From positions 1,550,001 through 1,614,000 of the forward strand of contig MU008161.1 in NCBI GenBank assembly GCA_010909165.1: a DNA stretch of 64,000 nucleotides. The letters are read 5' to 3'. The translations under genes and the position numbers were made by a program. This stretch comes from Anthoceros angustus. Lineage: Eukaryota > Plantae > Anthocerotophyta. Below the pieces are notes generated by a model. It was not told where the DNA came from. It did no database searches and was given only the letters and a program-made list of their open reading frames with translations. Below, piece after piece: positions 59,492-64,000 of the stretch; the stretch's first letter is position 1; each line of letters starts with the position of its first letter.

Positions 59492-60811
59492 TCAGACTTT
59501 GACCTTCAGTCTGCCCGACTGTTTTCCGTCCCGCTTTGTCCCTTCCTCGTCATCGGATGAGTCAGATTCGTAGCCATTGCCCCTGGCAATCACAGTCTTC
59601 ACTTTCTTCTTTTTCTCCTTTTCGTCACTACTTGATTCAGGATCCTCACCTTTGCTTTTCTTCTTCGGCTCCTCGTCGTCACTTGAGTCGGTCTCAGAGT
59701 CCTCAGAGGCCTCCAACTTGGAACTACTTGCCTTGGCCAGTTTCCTACTCTTCTTGGTGTCCTTCTCATCGTCACTTGAGTCGGTCTCAGAGTCCTCGGA
59801 GGCCCCCAACTTGGAACTACTTGCCTTGGCCAGCTTCCTACTCTTCTTGGTGTCCTTCTCATCGTCACTTGAGTCGGTCTCAGAGTCCTCCAAGTTGGGA
59901 CTGCTTGCCTTCGCCAGCTGCCGACTTTTCTTATTATCCTTCTCATCGTCACTTGAGTCGGTCTCCGAGTCGTCCAAGTTGGACCTACTTGCCTTCGCCG
60001 GTTTCCTATTCTTCTTGGTATCCTTCTCATTGTCACTTCTATCCGTGTCAGAGTCGACCTCGATCTCAGATTTCAACTTGCGTCGGCTGGTCTTCTCCTT
60101 CTCGTCTTTGTCGGACTCACTCCCACTGGACTCGCTGTCCTCAACAGCTATCTTCTTCGTCTTTTTCTTCTTCTCATTCTCCTCATCTTCATCGCTGGAA
60201 TCAACAAGGACATTGACAGCTTTCTTCCCTCTCCGGCCCATGCTTCTCTCCTCTTCCTCACTAGAATCATCTTCGTCGCTTGAGTCGCCACGCGAAAGAG
60301 CTTTCGTGCCCTTCACTTTCTTCTTCAGTTTGCTGGTATGCTCCTCGTCACTCTCATCGCTGTCTCTGCTGGCAGCTCCCTTCCTTTCGTCCTCATCGTC
60401 ACTAGAATCACTTTCCTCACTCAAGCCACTCTTCACTCTCACCTTTCCCTCCTTGCGTTTCTTCTTCGTAGCCTTCTCCGCATCGCTATTGTCGCTGCTG
60501 TCCTCAGCCTCGTACTTCGACCCCCGACGAACTTCGCTCTCAACCTCACTGCTGTCGCTGTCTTCAGAGTCATAGATCAACTTTCCCCGTTTCTCCTCCT
60601 TCACATACACCGCGGAGCTGGCCCTACAAACAGCAAACCTCCCCGCCTCCCGACCCGAAGCTCGGAGGCTTGACGACAAGCCAGCCGTGGCCTTCACTCT
60701 CACACTGACTCGTGCAGTCCGGAGAAAGACCACAGGAGCCAGCCTCAAGACTCTGTAAGGAGAAGCCAGACTTGCTGCGCCATGTCGTCCAACAACTTTG
60801 ATTGCCTCCAT
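59492..60811 (-). CDS. Plastid-type transit peptide plus Ser/Asp/Glu/Lys-rich low-complexity repeat protein, ~439 aa
   Basis: MEAIKVVGRHGAASLASPYRVLRLAPVVFLRTARVSVRVKA..CRASSA, then alternating acidic-Ser and Lys blocks. SETDSSDDE repeats at 93/93/84-bp spacing (59685-59965). Confidence 0.65.
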   Translation of the reverse strand: MEAIKVVGRHGAASLASPYRVLRLAPVVFLRTARVSVRVKATAGLSSSLRASGREAGRFAVCRASSAVYVKEEKRGKLIYDSEDSDSSEVESEVRRGSKYEAEDSSDNSDAEKATKKKRKEGKVRVKSGLSEESDSSDDEDERKGAASRDSDESDEEHTSKLKKKVKGTKALSRGDSSDEDDSSEEEERSMGRRGKKAVNVLVDSSDEDEENEKKKKTKKIAVEDSESSGSESDKDEKEKTSRRKLKSEIEVDSDTDRSDNEKDTKKNRKPAKASRSNLDDSETDSSDDEKDNKKSRQLAKASSPNLEDSETDSSDDEKDTKKSRKLAKASSSKLGASEDSETDSSDDEKDTKKSRKLAKASSSKLEASEDSETDSSDDEEPKKKSKGEDPESSSDEKEKKKKVKTVIARGNGYESDSSDDEEGTKRDGKQSGRLKVKV

Positions 60812-61761
60812 AACAAAGAGCAGAATAGCACCTGCAACCGGAAAGCAAGAATTAGAAGCCGCATTCGCCTGGCAAAACGGGAGAAACAGTTCCACTCCCA
60901 TCCCTTGTCGATGCTGTCGCCGGCACCGACAACTGAACGCATGTCTGCGCATTACGTCAGAGTTCCGGCAAGCATAGCATCACCTTCACCAGCTGCTCAT
61001 CCCCTGCGCTCGAGGAGGACGAGGGAGGCAAACCTGAAAGGAACTGCGAAGACAGAGTTGCGTGCGACACCGAGCTGCTTCTCCGCCTCAAGCAGGCCGC
61101 CTGTGACTGACTCCGAGCCGTCCAGAAGCGAGTGAGGAGGAAGACAGTCCGACGTGGAGCGGGAAGAAGATATTGCGCGCGTGCCCCCCACGCGGCTCAG
61201 TAAAACTCTTGTACCCTCGTAAGTAAGAGCCTGAAGCTTTTGCACCGTTCATTCTGAGCTATAGAAAATTTTCGAAGCGTTTCATTCACGGTTACACACT
61301 AGAAAATCCTGCAAAGTGTTCATTTGACGTGGGGGCTTCCCAACCGACCTTATACGTAGAAGGCTCTACATAGGAAGGCTCAGGTCTGTAGTGTAAGCTC
61401 CGTCCCTGTTACCAGACCCTTGAAACTCTCGGTTAGGGGAGCCGCGCGTCAGCTCTGCTGACGCATTAATTAAGATTTTGATATCGTTAAAGAACAGAGT
61501 TTTAGCCTACACTCTGTAGGCAGATGTTGCTGGACCGCAATTGCAGGGGAAATTTCCTCGCACCAAATTCGTGTGCTCTAGTCTGCATGCAGACTGATCA
61601 AAAGCCTGAGGTGCACACAAGTGACTCGTAGCTGTGCAGTGTGGCTTTATTGGGGTTGTTAGGAATGTAGGGTTTATGCAGGGTTTATCAGCAAGTTTGG
61701 TGGCAAGGGACTTGAGCGTGTCTAGGTACTCTGACGTCGTGGTTCGGAGGTGGTTTTGGCC

Positions 61762-63713
61762 ATGCCCTGTGGCTGTGGTACTGGTTTCAGAGCTGTCCGA
61801 GTCGTTGGGTTTGGTGGATATTTTCCTTTATTCAATTTGAGGAGTTCTGTGAAGCATAAGAAAGGTAGCTCCATGAGGACTCTCCTTCCTCCTGCTTGTG
61901 GTGGTGGTCGGCAGCTCCAGCCTCGAGGGATCAATCTTCCATCCGTTGAGCTGGGATTAGCGGACAGCAGTAGTGGAGTTGGGAAAAGTGGCGTTGTGGG
62001 AATCGCCCACAAGGAGCTGTTTCATTCTAGTTCAAAATGTACGGTGACAGTGGTGGAGAACAGAAGAGCGAGTGTTAAGCAAAGTTGTGGGTCCACTGTT
62101 TTGCATGGATTTGAGGTTTGCAATTTTGGAAGGACGGGTTGGGTCACGCAGGATGTGTCGAACGCCTCCTTTTCTGCCACGGGTTATGGTGGGAGAACTC
62201 AGGGAAGAAGACCGTCTTTAAGCGATGTAGCAGGTACTTCTTCTGTAGTGGATGATCTAACTGATGAAGATGTTAGTGCTAGTGACGAGACTTCTGACGA
62301 GGAGGAGCAGGAGAAACAGGGGAAGAAGGAAAGAAAGAAGTTGTTGAAGGAAATGAAGAAACTTGTGAAGCAGGAGGTGAAAAAGGAGGTGAAGAAGGAG
62401 ATGAGGAAGATGCTCGCAGAAGCTCAGGATGATATTGAATCAGAACTTGAAGAGGATGACTCTGAGCTTCTTGTGGAGGTGGAGGAGATGATGTTGGAGA
62501 AGGAGGTGGTGGAGACAACTTTAACCATAGAAAGTACGAGACGCTGAATGTTAACTATTGAGGCATAAGATGAAAGAGAGGGGGTTGAATAGGGAACTTG
62601 GGTAGGGCATGTGAGCAAGCAGCATCTTTGTGGCGTGCTCCAGCGCATCCGTTAATCTTCTAGCATGTAAGGTGAGCCCTCCCGACTGACTGACTTTCTT
62701 GATTTTATCGTGGACTGAAGTGACAGAAAATGAGCTGGAGGAAGAGCTTGAGGGTGAGGACATTGAGGAGGACGAGGGCATTGAGGAAGCTGAGGACAAT
62801 GAGGATGAGGTGGAAGACTTCTGGGAGGATGATAAACCTGCGGATCCACAGGTCTTGTATCCGGACCGTATCTGTCAGACATGCATTTCCTCGTGCTCGA
62901 ATCTTCCATGCTAAGCATTCCAAGTGTTAATCGGGTATCTCAGGCAGGTGATGGTGAAGATGGAGGTGGGATGGTGCTGGGAGATGCGGAATGGGGGCAA
63001 AGGGCGCTAAGTTTGGCCACGGAGACCCTAGAAAGCACCTTCAGTAGTACCTTCGCTCTATACGCGTTCAAACTTTCGAAAGATGCAGGCTTAATTCGTG
63101 TTCGACTTGACAAGCTCACTGATAAGTATGACTCCCTTTTCAACAAGGTTGTCCCAGCAGAGTTAGTTAAGTGGCCACGGAATTCACCCATTCCTTGTGT
63201 TTGATGGCTGCTCTTGTCTACCCTGTAGGTATGGGTCTCCGTCCCTCACCGAAATTGAGAAGTTTTCCTCTGTGTATGGGAAGAGGCTGCAAGAGGAAGG
63301 CCTGGCCGGCACGATACCTGATAACCTAGCCCTGGAGGTAACGGTCCCACCTGGTTGTTCTCGGTCGCATATAGCTTGAACTTACCCTTTTCTTATGGGT
63401 TGAGCACTTGCAGGTGTCATCTCCTGGAGCCGAGCGGGTTGTGAAGGTTCCCCATGATCTCCAGCGTTTCAAGGACCTCCCCATGTATGTCCGCTATTCG
63501 GATGTGGGCGGTGATGGCGAGGCTTCTGACAAGGATAGTATTCTGCAGGTAGAGAAGGTAGAAGCAGATATGGCTGTGTGGAAACTTGCCAACGTAAGAG
63601 CCAACAGAGAAGTAGGTGGCAGAGGTAGACCCCTCAACAAGAAGCAAAAGGAGTGGAGGCTGGAGCTTCCTTTTTCTGCTACAAAGCTTGTGAGGCTTTA
63701 CCTGGATGTGTGA
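61762..63713 (+). CDS. Plastid RimP/UPF0090-like ribosome maturation factor with long acidic N-terminal extension, multi-exon
   Basis: GDGEDGGGMVLGDAEWGQRALSLA; IRVRLDKLTDKYGSPSLTEIEKF; LALEVSSPGAERVVKVPHDLQRFKDLPMYVRY; WKLANVRANR..GRPLNKKQKEWRLELPF. N-terminal exon boundaries are less certain. Confidence 0.8.
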
Positions 63714-64000
63714 AACGGAGCGGAGCAGTCTGCAAGTGCTTTCATCAGATATGGCTCTCAGCCAAGGCTTGTTCCCTGAATCCAGGATATGCATCCACCC
63801 ACGTATGTGATACCAATGTATGTGAGCCTGAGGGCATGTACTGTACGTGGCATGTGTATGTATTTGAATTTTGCGAAATGGAGCGTGGCCCACATGTGGC
63901 CCAGCCTGCTCCTCGTCCATCCAAGCAGCAAGCTCCCTCCTGCACGAACGTTGCGTCCCCTTTGTCGGTTTCGCTGGATGAATCTGTCCTGTGCTGGCGT

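Noticed and set aside
1-64000. tRNA, rRNA or snRNA genes
   Set aside because: No cloverleaf, T-loop/CCA context or rRNA-like conserved stretch was recognised by eye. A covariance-model scan (tRNAscan-SE, Infernal/Rfam) would be needed to exclude small RNAs.

Overview
Intron-containing, gene-dense, about 50% GC land-plant nuclear DNA. It is probably a hornwort: this is inferred from the short GT-AG introns and from PLS-PPR proteins ending in the PGQSWWTD 'WW'-type E+ tail. No prokaryotic features, rRNA, tRNA or CRISPR were seen. Genes in order: partial transit-peptide gene at the left edge; non-autonomous pogo/Tc1-mariner-like element; Atg22/UMF1-like MFS transporter; DUF962 pseudogene; two inverted paralogous 26-motif PLS-E+ PPR editing factors with a PPR relic and an intact DUF962 gene between them; catalytically degenerate DEAD-box-like protein; intronless PEAMT; two divergent nodulin-like/NFD4 MFS genes flanking a receptor-like kinase; orphan coiled-coil ORF; RBM34/NOP12-like RRM protein; plastid transaldolase; F-box/kelch; XS-domain (SGS3-like) gene; S/D/K-repeat plastid-type protein; RimP/UPF0090-like protein. 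The most novel item is the five-exon kinase, whose ectodomain is a phytocyanin (ENODL-like) domain fused through a Pro-rich stalk and TM helix to a WAK/LRK10L-like RD kinase. The 15.5-18.4 kb, 46.8-54.2 kb and 55.3-55.8 kb segments are indel-riddled duplications, mostly joined at 7-10 bp microhomologies. They are either template-switch rearrangements or, more likely, long-read consensus artefacts. All family assignments are from motif recognition only; no database searches were run.
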